A stretch of DNA of 64,000 nucleotides from Eledone cirrhosa (GCA_964016885.1 OZ024743.1:30380001-30444000), one strand, 5' to 3'. Numbered from the stretch's first letter, positions 11,361 to 26,210 are shown. The notes: a model not told the origin generated them from the sequence alone. Numbers and translations: made by a program.

Positions 11361-11883
11361 TTCGAACCAATATAACTTAGCTTTTAAAATATGAAATCCG
11401 CCGCCTCACACAGCCCAATACGGAACTATAATCTTCTATAAATACCTTATATCCTCCCTAATTCTATTCCACTGGAATATGTCTACAACTATATTAGCAG
11501 CCCATCCTACCTTCGCTGTTACCCACTCCTTCGGACCAAGCATTTATATCTCTCATTAGCACTCATGATCTCTAACAGATGAACCTAATTCTAAGTACAT
11601 TATCTTATTACTCCTACACCCCTTGAAATCTTACTTTCCTCTTTTTATTCTTATTATTATTATGAAAGTCTCAATATATCCCTAGTATAGTTTGTTTAGT
11701 ATTTTGGCCCCCTACTTGTTAACCTGTCATTGTAAAATAGATTTGGCCGATTACTACTAACTCATAAAATTCTTTCACTACAACCTCGTATTTAGTATTC
11801 CGACCCACCTATGAAACTTTTCTATAGCTTAGCAGTACCAGTGAGAGATTTGATGATTGTGGAAGGGGAATAGTAACCAGTTA

Positions 11884-11970
11884 TTTTTTATATTTTTTTA
11901 TATTTTTTATATTTTTTATATTTTTTATATTTTTTATATTTTTTATATTTTTTATATTTTTTATATTTTA
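11884..11970. repeat. 9-bp tandem repeat (TTTTTTATA)n
   Basis: About 9 copies read directly. Confidence 0.9.
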
Positions 11971-12367
11971 TATATATTTCCCCCATATAGATTTACTTAT
12001 TGTTTAAACTTCCTCCCCTTGCCCTTCTCTAGTATACTTATTTCGACCGTCTATCCTTAGAATCGGCTGTCGTCACTTTCAACGCTTAACTGTTTTTCCT
12101 CCACACCCTCTCCCTCTTTCTTCTAATGGCAAGTTCATCTACCTCTACCTTCCACAAAATGCCATGGTAGAATCATGTGTCTCAACAACAAACTTTTGAC
12201 CAATCATTGTGACAATCACTTTTACCATATATGGAATTACCCCCAGAGAAGTTCGGCTATTCATTTACCAGGATAAAAATGTTCATTTAGTCCCAAATTA
12301 GCCGTCAAAACGGCTTGAGCTCAGCAGTCGGGGTCCTACTTGTTCCTATGTATATATATATATATAT

Positions 12368-13265
12368 AAAACATGGGAAGAAAGAGGAAAACTGTGTGGT
12401 TGCACATGGGTTACATATTATAAAATTAGTCCCTCATCAGTGATTTGCCAACCATCATTGGTATTTCATCGCATTAAAAATCATATACCTCAGGTTGGTG
12501 CGAGCAATAACTAAAATAAGCTATAGGGACAAGTGAATCGCGTAAAGCGAGTGAGACGAGTAAACAACATAGAAGGAAAATCAAACCGAAGGTAGGAAAA
12601 AAGCAAGCAACATGATGGTTATCCGGTCAGCATAAACTGGGTGAATTTCATGAGCGGTCAGAAAACAGACCGTTCGACGTGAATGAGATGTGAGAAAGAA
12701 AGAATCTCACTACTAACGAACGGGAGGAAGTGAGAAGGGCAGAAACAGAGAGTGAGTGAGTGGAAGTGCGAGGAAGAGGTCAGTCGAGAGAAAGTGTAAC
12801 TGGCAGAGGGGGCGAAAGAAGGTGAGAGAAACAGAGAGAACGGGGGAGCAGAAAGAGAGAAACAGACAATCGCTGTCGAGGTAAATATGTATAGAAAACA
12901 TGGGAAGAAAGAGGAAAACTGCGTGGTTCCACATGGGTTAAATATTATAAAATGAGTCCCTCATCAGTGATTTGCCAACCATCATTGGTATTTCATCGCA
13001 TTAAAAATCATATACCTCAGGTTGGTGCGAGCAATAACTAAAATAAGCTATTGGGATAAGTGAATGGCGTAAAGCGAGTGAGACGAGTAAACAACATAGA
13101 AGGAAAAGCAAACGAAGGTAGGAAAAAAGCAAGCAACATGATGGATATCCGGTCAGAATAGCTGGGTGAATTTCATGAGCGGTCAGAAAACAGACCGTTC
13201 GACGTGAATAAGATATGAGAAAGAAAGAATCCCACTACTAACGAACGGGAGGAAGTGAGAAGGGG
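12368..13265. repeat. Direct tandem duplication, 527-bp period (~1.7 copies), TA-flanked
   Basis: AAAACATGGGAAGAAAGAGG begins at 12368 and 12895; the rest is collinear. Confidence 0.9.
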
Positions 13266-13267
13266 AA

Positions 13268-13298
<31 letters not shown>

Positions 13299-13940
13299 GT
13301 ACATATATATATATATATACATATATACGTATACATACATATATATACATATATATAATTATTTATTTATTATTATTTTATTTTTTCAAGAACAGCCAGT
13401 ATTCCAAAAATAGATATTTGGGCAAATTCTGATTTCCTGTCTCCCTTTCAACCCATAACAAACTTTAAACTTTTGACCATTATATAACTCTATTGATACA
13501 CGTGACACAATATATGTTCCCCACATCTCACACACAAACACGCACAAACCTTCATATAAAAAGAAATTCCGTTGAATTTTGACCAACAGTTGTAATCCTA
13601 CTATCGCACTCACAACATAAAGAGTATATATAAACAATAATTCTTCTAGATTAACCCAGATATTCTCATTACACAGAAAGGAAGAGACATTTTTCAACTT
13701 CCAATTGTTCAACTTTTAATGTTTGACTCTTATAAATTAATATTTGATGAGATGAATTTACTCTTCAAAAACTGGTTATATTTTATAACCCCAATTCCAT
13801 TTTTTATATGGAGCGAATATATTAGGTTAACGCTTGATATTAGGTTAATGTTGACTGGACCTGTTATTTTTATCTAAAGACATATGTTCCAATTCCAACC
13901 TGCCCGTCCCCTCATTCTATCTTATGACTCATTCTTTCTT

Positions 13941-13969
13941 CTGATGAAGGAATAGCATGCGAAACGTTA
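13941..13969 (+). ncRNA. Degenerate minimal hammerhead core in probable pLTR (13390-14060)
   Basis: CTGATGA-aggaatagcatgc-GAAA-CG-T-T/A with palindromic AACGTT; stems I and II poorly paired. Confidence 0.35.
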
Positions 13970-14082
13970 ACACCCTCTTCCTGCTATATCAAGCGTTAAC
14001 TTAATATATTCCTTCCATATACTGTACCGATTGTGTTGTTATTTCAGTTTACCTTTTACATACATATATATATATATCAACT

Positions 14083-14127
<45 letters not shown>

Positions 14128-16675
14128 CATGAAGTACACCTCAACAGGGTATAATTCACCCCGTTTCCACATAATCGATGTTATGTATATTTCCATGATA
14201 ACCGTCATGCAGCAGTTATGACCTCATCAAAGAGCAACATATTAAACAGAAGAAACCCACAGAAAAAAAAAGTCATAAAGAAGAAATAAAGCTTATTTCT
14301 GTTATTACGATTCGTTGGTATGCCCTGGGCTGGTATTTGGTGTTGCTTATGCGAAGCACCGGTAACACGTACACATACAGACACACACACGAATCCACAT
14401 ATTTGTTATAAGAACGGATTTGCTCTACAGATTTTATATTTATATATATTTTATATGTTCATAGTTTATATGTATATATTTTATATGAATATGTTTTATA
14501 TATATATATATATATATATACATATATAAATAAGTAAAAAACAAAAAAACAAAAACAATAACAAAGAGTGCAGTCGAACAGTAGAAGCTATCGTAAGTGA
14601 CCTTAAAGGATATGAAGTCAGAACTTTATAGTGAAAATCTACATCACAGAACACATTTAACCATCACATTGCATCGATATCACTAATTAATGTTTTCTAG
14701 TTCGAAAATAAATTGTTATATTTAACAACGCATCAAAAACTATTTCTTCAATGGCATATTTAAAAACGGGATTCTATTTTACTTTAAATATATTTAATGG
14801 ACTTAGATGTATCACCAATCGTTTTTGGAATGTTAGATATTGTAACTTTATATCGTTAAGTGTGGAATAAATAACTCACATCAATCGTCCATTTGATATT
14901 CTTTCCTATTGAATATGGGTATCAGCGTATTTTATGAAGTCAGACATAATATCTCTCTGCTATTCACCAGGTAAACATTCTGAAAATAGAGAGTTTGATT
15001 CTTCCGATGTAATTACGCCGTTCGGAGTTTTCATTGACGATACATAAAACATCCTCATCTCCCTCTATTCAAATTTTACTAACAATGACTGTTCATGTAG
15101 CTTTATTACTTCAATTTTCTTATTTTATTACGTTTCCTTTGATTTATGCTCTATTCAGTATCGCTGCAGTTCCATCATCCTTTTGAATAGTAGTCACTAC
15201 TAATGTCGAACCACGGGGAGAACTAAGTTTAAGATTTAAGATTTCTTTCTGGATATGACGTTGATGGAGTATTAGAAAATCTATACTACCAACATAAATT
15301 ACCACATTTATTACGTCGCGAGTTCACATCATAAAAGGTTTACATAATGTTTTATATAGAAGGAACATCGTGTTAAATACCAAATATGTCTATGAACAGA
15401 ATTATAAAACGCCTATTGGTTAATCTAAATTTCTTCAATAATTCTGCATCTCGTTCTTTGGTATTACAAGTTACATCATATACAAAAAGATTTTGACCAA
15501 TTCAAATTAAATATTTTGATCAAGATTTCTGTTATTGATTAACGTAATTTGTTTATCTTTTAAATTATGTTCGATTATTGTATTCATGTTTTGCAAAGTT
15601 ATGAATAAAGAGAATTGTACAAAAGAGTTACATATTTCACCTTGGGGCTTATAAATGATATGAATATCAAATTTTGAGAGGATATATCTCTTGAGGGTTT
15701 CTTTAGGCAGCAAACAAAATAAATAAAAAAATGTATAGTCCTTTTTGAAATGGAGAGATCTATCAGTTCGCGTGTCATAATAATTATTCTCCCAGCGTTT
15801 TCGTCTAAACGTAAAGCTATAAGTTCAATTTCTGATAGAGGCCAGTAACAAATCTGATAAACATGACAACGAAATGAATATTAAAGAATCGAATATATAA
15901 CTTCATAGGAAGTTATATATTCGAAGAAAAGAGAATTTTAATGTCATCTGACAGAGGATAGCTTTAGGTTTCGTGCATCATGATGTGAATGTTTTAAAGG
16001 GGGAGCCTGTATATTTAGGTTCAAGTTAAATATCTCGTATATTTCAAGTACAACATAATATATGAGGAACGCCTGTTCACATTCAAACGTCTTCCTCCCT
16101 GCTTTGCATTTATGAAAACCTCTTTTAAAGTGATTGCTAAGGCACAATATGAATTCAAATCAAATATGTAATACGATGATTAAATAACTATTTTTGTAGC
16201 GTTTAAATGCAATCTCTGAGAAGTGGTGAACAGTTGGGTGGAGGGTTAGTCATAGTTGAAATTGCCGTGTGTCAAATTTTCAGAAGTGTCTCTTTAAACA
16301 ATTTGGAAATTGAAAATTCCGATAATTAGCTTGATGTACTTGCGTCTTGCTCAGCACTGCGGTGTTATGTCATGTTTAAGAATGTGTGTGCTCCCAACTG
16401 GACCTTTGGCTGGAAAACACACTATAAAGATATGAGTAGTTTCGTGGGATATTTCCATCATTAAAACTTCAATAACAAGAATACTGGTCGATGTTTAGAG
16501 CTTGATGGTATTCTGAGGCCTGAATATTTCTTTGGCATCATAGAGCAAACTAACATTCTTGGCATTCGATGTGATATAATCATTCCAGCTCAAATCATTA
16601 GAAGATGCCAGACCCCAAAAGCCTATATAGTTGCTGCTCTCTTTGAGGATATAACCAGTCATATTACCAGATACA

Positions 16676-16810
16676 TGGCTTAGTGGTTAGCACATTGGGA
16701 GTGCAATCGAATGGTTGTGAGTTCAACTCTCGGACCGGGCGATGTGTTGTTTCCTTGAGCAAGACACTTTATTTCACGTTGCTCCAGTTTACTGAGCTGT
16801 AGAAATGAGA
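16676..16810 (+). mobile_element. tRNA-derived SINE with CORE-like domain
   Basis: A box TGGCTTAGTGG, B box GAGTTCAACTC, then CCTTGAGCAAGACACTT resembling the CORE motif. Confidence 0.7.
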
Positions 16811-17039
16811 TGATAGGACTGGGTCCCTATCATTTAATTACCCTAGACACCTCCAACGAGATATACTTTGAAGGAGGCCAGCTAAACGTGCATAAGTGTG
16901 AGCTGTCACCCACAAACACACAAAGAAATGTTAGATTTCTATTGCGGTTAATGAGGTTTTGTCTTTGATGCAATACAGTGAATAAGCTAATTTCTGCCGC
17001 ATTCAATAACAGATCGAAGCTCATCATTTCAACCAGCTA

Positions 17040-17620
17040 CCAAATAAACGTTATCAAATATATCAGACTTCCAATCACGACAAGAATAGTGATGTTGTCA
17101 GCCTCCATACGTAGCCCAGAAAATAAGTCTTAGGGAGGATCATTGATGAAAATTAAGAACTATATAAGAGTTAGAACTATATAGAGTTCTGATGGACGAT
17201 TGTATTAATGTGGAAAGATCTAGAACACTGGGTATTCAATACAACCTCCAGTCTGTAAAGTGATAAGAAGATTCAATCAGTTGAGAATCCGACCGGAAAA
17301 ACCATAACGCTTTATATTAAGAAGGTGATACCCACACTACACCCTGTCAAAAGCACTAGCGAAATGTAAAGTAATAACCCTAGTTTCACCAGATTTAGCT
17401 ATAGTTTGGCAGACTCTTTCGGCAATAACATATGAGCAGTGATTCTCAGGAACAAAATCGAAACATTTTATAGGGCGACAGTTTGAAAGATCACATGGTT
17501 TCACAATGATCTTAAACACTGGAACAGCAGAAGAGTATTCCAAACAAAACAGAAAGCCAGAATCAGCAAAGCAGTTGCAGAAAAGTTCAGAGAAAACAGG
17601 AGCTGGTTCAAGAGACAAGT
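17040..17620 (-). mobile_element. Highly decayed CR1/L2-group LINE RT fragment
   Basis: AVPVFK..DLSNCRPI..GETRVITLHFASAFDRV in ORF 17337-17618. Confidence 0.65.
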
Positions 17621-17682
17621 CCGACTGTCAATAACAGGATCACATACTTTATGGAAATCAGGATATAAGACCGCATTATAAA

Positions 17683-17873
17683 TAATTGTTTCTACGTTAG
17701 GCACAAGGCCAGCAATTGCCCAGTGTATTACTGGTACTTTATTTTATCGATCCCTTAAGGATGAAAGGCAAAGTTAACCTCGGCGGGATTTGAACTCAGA
17801 ATGGCAAGGGCTGTAATTTCTGTGCGTCAAAGCATGGCGTCCGACCCTCTACCGATACTGCCAATCCGCCGCA
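17683..17873 (-). mobile_element. tRNA-derived SINE (same family as 6014)
   Basis: Reverse complement of the 6014-6197 family. Confidence 0.88.
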
Positions 17874-18482
17874 TTATAAATAATGATGAGAATGTTATGT
17901 ATATCGTACAATATCTGACACGCAGTAAATATGTTTATTTGCTATTACATTTCCTCTCCGATTTCAATACAAATGAATTACTTTAATACATAAAAATTAA
18001 TTTTGTAGCTATTACAGCGAAACATTTCAGGAGTACTTATCTCCAATGAAGGAGGACAATATAGATTTGCCACCCTACGTACCAGATCGAAGCTTGGCAT
18101 AAAATATTGCTGGCAATATTGCTATACCAATCGTAAGGGTGTTTATGATTTCTATATTATGTGAGTCGATGCCGAGGACTCAGGTTATATATTAAACATC
18201 ATAATAAATATACAATAGGCTGACGTTTTTATTCCTTCGATATATCATCCATGTTTTATGTAGGATATATTCGAGTGCACGAGATGATATATAAGCTAAT
18301 GATAAACATTTATATACATATACACGCGTGTTAATTAGAATACGGTGGTGACAGATGTCTTCAACCTATATGGACTATGGAATAAGGTCTAATACTACAG
18401 AATATAAACACCCATAATGGAAATCATGGCCTTTAGCATGCATTTGTCATGCATGCTAATGCCCATCTTTTTCAGTTGTGTA

Positions 18483-18559
<77 letters not shown>

Positions 18560-21500
18560 TTATGTGTGTGTGTGTATGTATGTGTTTGTGTGTGAGCGTG
18601 TGCGAATATATATATATACATATTAGTAATTGGAATATATACTTTCTAGATCATTTACTTGGATGCTTTGTCCACTTATTTCCAATATTTATAATTAATA
18701 ATTAATAAATAATTTAGATAGAATTTATTATTTTATAAGATTTATATTTTCTTCACAATATTTCACACATATATGTGGTGTGCAAGTGTATTTCAGAATT
18801 TCTTTGAAGAAAATAATTAGCAAAGACTGGTTTAATATATTAATACGATTTATAAAATAGCAAAGTTGTTCATAAACTAATGGGAATTTGACACTTTCTA
18901 TTGATTGCAAATGCAAAATGAAGTAAATGTAATAATTTATCTGATACATTACGAGCAAATTTATGAAAGAATATAACATGATTTGTATAGGTACATACAT
19001 TCGTCATTGCAGGTTTTCATTGTGCGAAATATTAAATAAAATCGCATAAAATCCGCATTTGTATCTTTTGTTTCACAGAAACATTGATAAATACGTATTA
19101 TTTTGTTTTACGATAACAGCTTGCAAAAAAAAAACAAAAAACATATAAAAAACTCAAAATCAAAACAATAATTGAAGCATCAAAAACCTGATTAACAAAC
19201 GTAAGAGAAAAAGTAAAACGTACTGTCATGTGATATTTGCTAACTAAACTGCAAACATGGAAGTTTGCGAAGTTAACTAAACTGCATTACATAATAGTAC
19301 AGAGGCAAAACGTTGGAAACATCTCTTAAATATGTTAGAACATCATGGTTGCAATCAGACAATGTAACTAATCAAATATTGAGAATAACACGAAAGAAGA
19401 GACTTAAAGCTTCAGTAATTGTTGTCAATAAAATTACGGTGTTTGTCTTTTATTTAAATGAATCAGATCTCTGAGAACACTCAAGATTTAAAACAGTGAG
19501 GCTAATTCAGGTAAATTTAATAACTGTCTCTATTTTTATTTATTTCCATTTAATTCTTTGTTTTTTTTCTGTAATACAATATAAATTTGTTACACCACCG
19601 TGTTATGTCAACAAGTGTGAGGTGCATGAATATCTGAACATTACAAAGATGATTCTATTTGTTGAGCATAATCAATGAGATGGACATGAAAAAGTAGCTT
19701 TGTTGGAAACAGGTTTGGCAGCTTGAAACTGAAATAAAATATTTGTTTCAAACATACAAACACAAAGGAAGAAAAAGATATAGAGAAACAAGTGAATCAG
19801 AAGTGATTGGCGACAACAATCACAGCCGAAGAAAACAAAATAATTCAAGTGAAAATAGACGTGACGTATTTTTTAAATGATTTTATGAGTTGTTATTGTT
19901 ATAGTGTATTCACTAACCGTTACAAATACGTAGCTCTTCACTGAGATTATTCATGACATACCATTAAGCAATAGGTAAAGTTTGATGAAGAGGGACCTGT
20001 AGACGAGTAAAAAGATTCATGCATGTTTAAAACATTCATTTGTGTATTGCTAAAGGGTGAAATGACCAGGATATTGTGAGACGAAATTAATGTTCTAAAC
20101 TAAATATCCATCACTTATTTTGCTGTTTGAACTTTCATACATTATCTATTTTTACGCCATTACTGAAGATTCTTTTATTATTAAGATTACGTTATTTATA
20201 TCTTTAAAGGATAAATAATTAAATACTTGGTATATCAGGAGAGGATAAGTTCCGTGTATGCATATGGAAAATAGTAACTAACATAGCTATGGGCACCATC
20301 TAAAGATGATGTTTGTTTTCCTTCCGGTCATTCTTATGAACCTAATATTCATCTGATAATAAAGTCAAGGAATATCAAACTTCAGAGGTGATTGGAATTT
20401 TCACCTTTTCAATTATCTCTTTGTAGCCTTTCTTCCTTCTTTGCCCCCTTTCCTTTAATTCTTCCATGATTCCTACCGCAGGCAACTAAAGGCTATTCGA
20501 GAATAATAATTGTGTGAAAAAGAATGGAAATTGTATGAATATTTTAAACTCTCTATGAAAGTTGATTGCATGATTAAACCAGAGGAATCTCAATGAGACA
20601 TACATATTATATTGTCGTCATTTATTTCTAAATTAATCTTCATCGGGCTGAGCTAGGATCATGACGATATGAAATATGACTATCACCTAATTTATCTTGC
20701 ACAATAGGTACACTATCTAGCTAATATTACATTTCTGTTTTGAGATGACGAAATTCTATTTCAGGGAAATTGACTCTTGTGATATATAAAACATGTGATA
20801 TATTCAAATATGTGATATATAAAACATGTGATATATTCAAAAACGTCAATATTACATACAATCAAGGAAGGTGATATTTAATAGCGAGTAAATCATACAG
20901 GAATTGTGTAGCGTAAAGAGATATGATTTAATGTAGTATATATCGATACTACAAATGTATTAATATCTGTAGGATTATAAGTGTTATGATATCCTGAAAT
21001 ATAGAATTATATTGGAAACGTTGAGGCTTTCTATGTTCTAAATCAAAAGAAACATCAAGAGGTATGTGATGAAATATGTTGAGTCATGAAATATTTGTTT
21101 TTGAGAGGCAACATAATACGATTTGAACTAATATATAACGATGTGTGATAGAATATCATATGGCGGCATAATGATAGGAGGGCTGCGATGAATTATATTG
21201 TATTGTTATATATTGCAGAAATGGTTTAGATGTAATGCTATTTGAGATAATATAATACTGAAGCGGTTATCATGTCATGCAATATATAAATATCAAGATA
21301 CTAAAGTTATTAAAATATTCATTCTAGTAACAAGATAATAGCTGCAGAATAATATTATAGCAGAGCATTCTACTAAATGTTATTACGGTAGGGTTATACA
21401 TAGTCAATGTATTGCGTTGAAAATCCATCAAATCTGTTGTTTCGGACGTATTAACATCTTACGCACTATGAACAATGAGGTGGGATCTATCAATCTAGCT

Positions 21501-21569
21501 ATCTATGTATATGTATATGCACACGCGCACATACGCACACACACACACACACACATACACACACACACA

Positions 21570-21611
<42 letters not shown>

Positions 21612-21674
21612 CACACACACACACACGCACGTACGTTCATACATGTATGCATACATATATATATGTATTAAGGA

Positions 21675-22012
21675 TACTATTTGTGGTTATGTATACAGTA
21701 AAACCTTTTATAGTTATATATATTTTAAACCCTAAACAGTGAAAGACAGTATTTTATTACTACCTTATTACCAGTAAGATAAATAGCTCAATGTAATAAC
21801 ATCAGTTGTTCTACAGAGAAGTTATATAGAAATTACATGAATCAAAGTTCTGTTCAAATCATTTATTCGCTTACAATTGTTTCTTCCAAACCGAAGTCAA
21901 GTATGTAAACAATCATTGAAAAATTGCTCCGAAGACTCCCAAAACCTCGGTTTGGAAGAAACAATTGTAAGCGAATAAATGATTTGAACAGAACTTTGAT
22001 TCAAGTAATTTC
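21675..22012. mobile_element. PLE pLTR fragment with short inversion; same family as 1420-3016
   Basis: 21675-21893 matches 1420-1643; inverted arm 21946-22012 ends in (TA)n. Confidence 0.85.
21924..21974 (+). ncRNA. Type I hammerhead ribozyme (family of 2933)
   Basis: TTGCT-CCGAAGA-ctcccaaaacctcggtttggaa-GAAA-CAATTG-TA-AGCGA. Confidence 0.75.
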
Positions 22013-22042
22013 TATATATATATGTACATATGTATATATATA

Positions 22043-22157
<115 letters not shown>

Positions 22158-22215
22158 TAAAGTACCAGTAATGCACTGGGTAATTGCTGGCCTTGTGCCT
22201 AAAGTAGAAACAATT
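22158..22215 (+). mobile_element. SINE 3' fragment
   Basis: AAAGTACCAGTAATGCACTGGGTAATTGCTGGCCTTGTGCCTAAAGTAGAAACAATT. Confidence 0.8.
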
Positions 22216-22249
22216 CTTCTTCTTCTCCTTCTTATTATTATTATTATTA

Positions 22250-25200
22250 CAGTTGCATGTATCTTGCTTTATGTCCATACGAGTTATCACCAAGTCACAA
22301 CCAGTGACCCCAAGAGACAACAAGGTCCGCCATGTTCAAGAAAGAACATACATATTCACACATGCATCTTTAGTGTTTAGACTTGTGATGTACTTATATT
22401 GACAGAATCTTCCTTAGTATATGGGCAGTTCCCATTAGTACTATCTTTTGTATTTCTCCTATACGCGGGTTTCCTGGGATTTGCGATATGTAATCATTAG
22501 ACCCCTTAGGTATCATTCCCAGAGCGCCTACAACCACTGGTATTGTTTTAGTTCTCAATTTCCACATTTTTTCCAATTTCTATCTCCAGGTCCTTATACT
22601 TGCTCAATTTTTCAAATGTTTTTATAGATACATTCTTGTCTATTGGAACAGACATATCAATTAGCAGGCATGCCCTCTTTTGAAAGTCTTTCAATATTAT
22701 ATCAGGTCTGTTTGCATCTATTTTTCGGTCTGTTTGGATGCTAAACTTCCACAAGATTCAGATGTGATCTTTTTCAAGTATGGGAGGTGGTTGATGCTCC
22801 CACCAATTCTTTTGATGGGGCAGGTCAAAATGTTTACACATTATCCAATGTATGTATTGTGCAGCTCTGTCATGCCTGTTTAGGTATTCGGTTGGAGCTA
22901 TAAGACTGCAGATTGAAATTATATGGTCAATGATCTCTGGTTGTTTTTTGCATACACGGCATAATGGGCTGCACCCATTTTTTATTATGTTGGCTTGGTA
23001 ATTTTTTGTTGGCAGACACTGATCTTGTGCCGATATAATCAGTCCTTCAGTCTTCGATTTCAGTCCAGAGGATGCCAACCACTGATGGGTTAAAGTTTTG
23101 TCAACATCAGGATTGTTAGTTCGCTCTGGGTATTTTCCATACAGAGGCTTTTCTTGCCATTTCTTAGCCAGTTTCTGTAGCAGTTCTATCTTTGCAGTTA
23201 CTTTTACCTGCTTTGCTTTTTCTGTGTTTTCCATTTCAGCAGTAAATGGGACTTCTGAAATTTGTAGTCCATTACTGTATCTTTGTGCATCTTTTGTAAT
23301 GGAATATGATCTTTTGATGCTTTCGTATTTCAAAACGAGTTTGATCCTCCAATCATGTGATTCCCTTAGATATGTAGATAATCCAATTGTTGCAGTTTTC
23401 AACGCAATGTCTAACTGGATTAACCCACGTCCTCCTTCTTTTCTAGGGAGATATATTCTACCTATATCTGCCTTAGGGTGATGCATTCTGTGCATGGTTA
23501 AGAATTTTCGAATTTTTGTATCGAGCCTACGGAGCTCTGTGCTTGACCAGTTGATGACATTGTAACTGTAGGTTACTACTGGTATGGCAAGCGTGTTTAT
23601 GGCATCGATCCTATTCCTTGCATTCAATTACGTTCTTAAGATTGCTCTTACTCTGCGGTAACATTCCTTCCTTATCCTTTCCCTCATTGTCGAGTGCTTG
23701 ATTCCGTCTCCTTCACAAACACCTAGATATTTGTAAGTTTTTTCTTGATCAAGTTCTCTTATCACGTTCCCCCGATCAAGATTAATGTCTGAACTCTTCA
23801 GCAGCTTTCCTCTGGTGAACGTTGCTTTGGCGCATTTATCTAGTCCAAACTCCATTTTAATGTCATCACTGAACTGCTTCACAGTGGATAATAGCCCTTG
23901 CAATTGTTCATCATTTTTTGCAAATAGTTTCAGTTCATCCATGTAGAACAGGTGATTAATGGTTTTGTCATAGACTTTATATCCATGTTTTGTTTCATTG
24001 AGCATTTTACTTAATGGCATAAGTGCGATGCAGAATAAAAGCGGTGATTAAGAGTCACCCTGAAAAATTCCACAATTAATATTAACTTCTCCAGCTTCCA
24101 GTGATTTTGTTTCACTATTCAAAAGGAGTGTCGTTTTCCATGTCTTCATACTGAATGACAAAAACCTCCTGACAACGGGGGATACTTTGAAAATCTCTAA
24201 ACATTTTTCAATCTAACTGTGTGGCAAACTATCAAATGCTTTTTTATAATCTATCCAAGCAATCGATAGATTTTTGTGTCTATTATGACAATCTTCCAGT
24301 ATCATTTTGTTAACCAGAAGCTGATCCTTACAGCCATATGAGCCTCGTTTACACCCTTTCTGCTCAATGGGAAATAGGTCATTTGTTATCAGGTGGTCAT
24401 ATGTGTATTCAGTTAGTACTAATGTTAAAATTTTATACATTGTGGTCAAGCAAGTTATCGGTCTGTAATTTTTGGGATTGTTTGTCTCATCATTCTTCGG
24501 AAGCAGGAATGTAATGCCGTTAACTAGCCATGAAGGTATCTTTTCTGGCTCCTTAACTATTTCATTGTAAAGTTGGGCTAACAGCTCATGAGACTCTGTG
24601 AAGGCATTTATCCAAAAGTTTTGTATTTTGTCTTTTCCTGGGGATTTCCATTTGCTGGTTTTTCTTAGAGCCAAGCGCAACTGTTCAACTGTTATATTTT
24701 CCCATGTTTGTTCCTCAAGGTGAGCTGTATCTTTCATTTGTCTGTCTATCCATGGGGCATGTATGTTATGAACTTTTTCTTCGGCCCAGATCTTTTCCCA
24801 GAATTCTTGCACTTCCTCCTTGGGTGGTATTGATTTAGCAGTTATTGTTGATTTACCAATTTTTCTGTAGAAGTTTCTTTGGTTGTTTTTGAACATATTA
24901 TTGTCCTTATAGAATCTAGATCGTTTTTCAAAGCGCCTTATACGAGCAGCGTTGGCCGACACTTTTTGCTTGATTATTTCTATCAGCATGTCTATGTCAC
25001 ATGTTGATTTTATACTGTACTTTTTTTTAATTTACTAAGTTTAGTTTGTTTAACATGTTCACCTACTTTATAGTTTGTTAAAATGTCTATGTCAGATCGG
25101 AGAAGGTTTATTTGGCGATTGATGTTCTCTTGCCAAGTAGATTTCTTGTGGGAATTCCTTTGTTTTTTCATCTTCACTCCACATAAGTGAGTGGTGACTT

Positions 25201-26210
25201 TAGCCGATGCATAATAGAGATGATTTAAATCAGTAATGTTTAGTTTGTTTGTGATGATAATGTTTTTGAGAATTATGTTAGTCTTGTGTATTATCTTTTG
25301 GTTCTGTTTGGAGTTCTGGATCTTAGGGAGGGTGTCTCGTTGCCCCATGTCAGATTCTTTCATTTTCATCCATTCGATCATAATTTCATCCTTCAAGTTG
25401 GCAAGTTCATTCTCATTCATTTCTTTATCAGTTACGATCTCATTATTTTCATTTGGAGTTTCATCCTGAGCATGCACTCCCTCCACTTTTTCGATCCTTT
25501 CTTTAATTTGTTCTGTTGCCAGTGATTCCGCCCCAACCCTGGGATTCGAAGTGTTACAGTTTACCTCGTTTTCACTGACACATGTTTCATTTTCCCTTCG
25601 CTGACTTTGTGCTAATAGCTTGATCTGATCAATTTCTATATCAGTTAGTAACTTTTTTCTTACAATATTTCTTCGTATATTGGCTAGTTTGTTACTGTCA
25701 ATATAGCCTCTGTTTTCGGGATGTTTCTTTTTCCAGTTGATATATGTCTGTTCTGTATTCGATGTATTTGATGGGTAGTACATGGCAGTGTAGAAATCCT
25801 CAAGGACTTCTTTATTATCTTCCCTAGACCACTTTTCTATCTTTTTCTTTGAATTTCTTGGTGGTGAGCATGGAGGGCCAACATTAGGAGTATTCCGGTT
25901 ATGGGAGGTCTCCAGCTCCGAAGTGATGGGAAGGTTTGAACCATTAGCTGATTTTTCGACCCCAGTCTGGTTCCTCTCTGAGGGACGCGGCCCTTTTTTA
26001 CCCGGGTGACGGCCGATCCGGTATGAGATTTTATCATTAGACATTTACTTTATTTTTTCGCGTTTTATCCTTATCCGCCAAGGGGTAATCATTTCGTGTT
26101 ACCACTTCTAAAACGAGTGTCAACCAAGACTAGAGGGGTCGTTCTCCCCTAGAGATATGGCTATTCCCCGCCAGCCGCCATCCCGGTATTTCTTGGTGAC
26201 AGGGTTTTCT
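22250..26210 (-). mobile_element. R4/Dong-clade non-LTR retrotransposon (RT + CCHC + restriction-like endonuclease), near full length, disrupted (copy A)
   Basis: Single broken ORF 26044->22394: KWSREDNKEV N-terminus, WIDYKKAFDSLPH, HLFYMDELKLF, CRVC..DHIISIC, RHD, NRPDIIL..IDMSVP..KLSKYKDL; (TAA)n at 3' end. Confidence 0.92.

Noticed and set aside
14560-21400. Host gene exons
   Set aside because: Only short ORFs without recognisable domains or convincing splice context; small exons cannot be excluded
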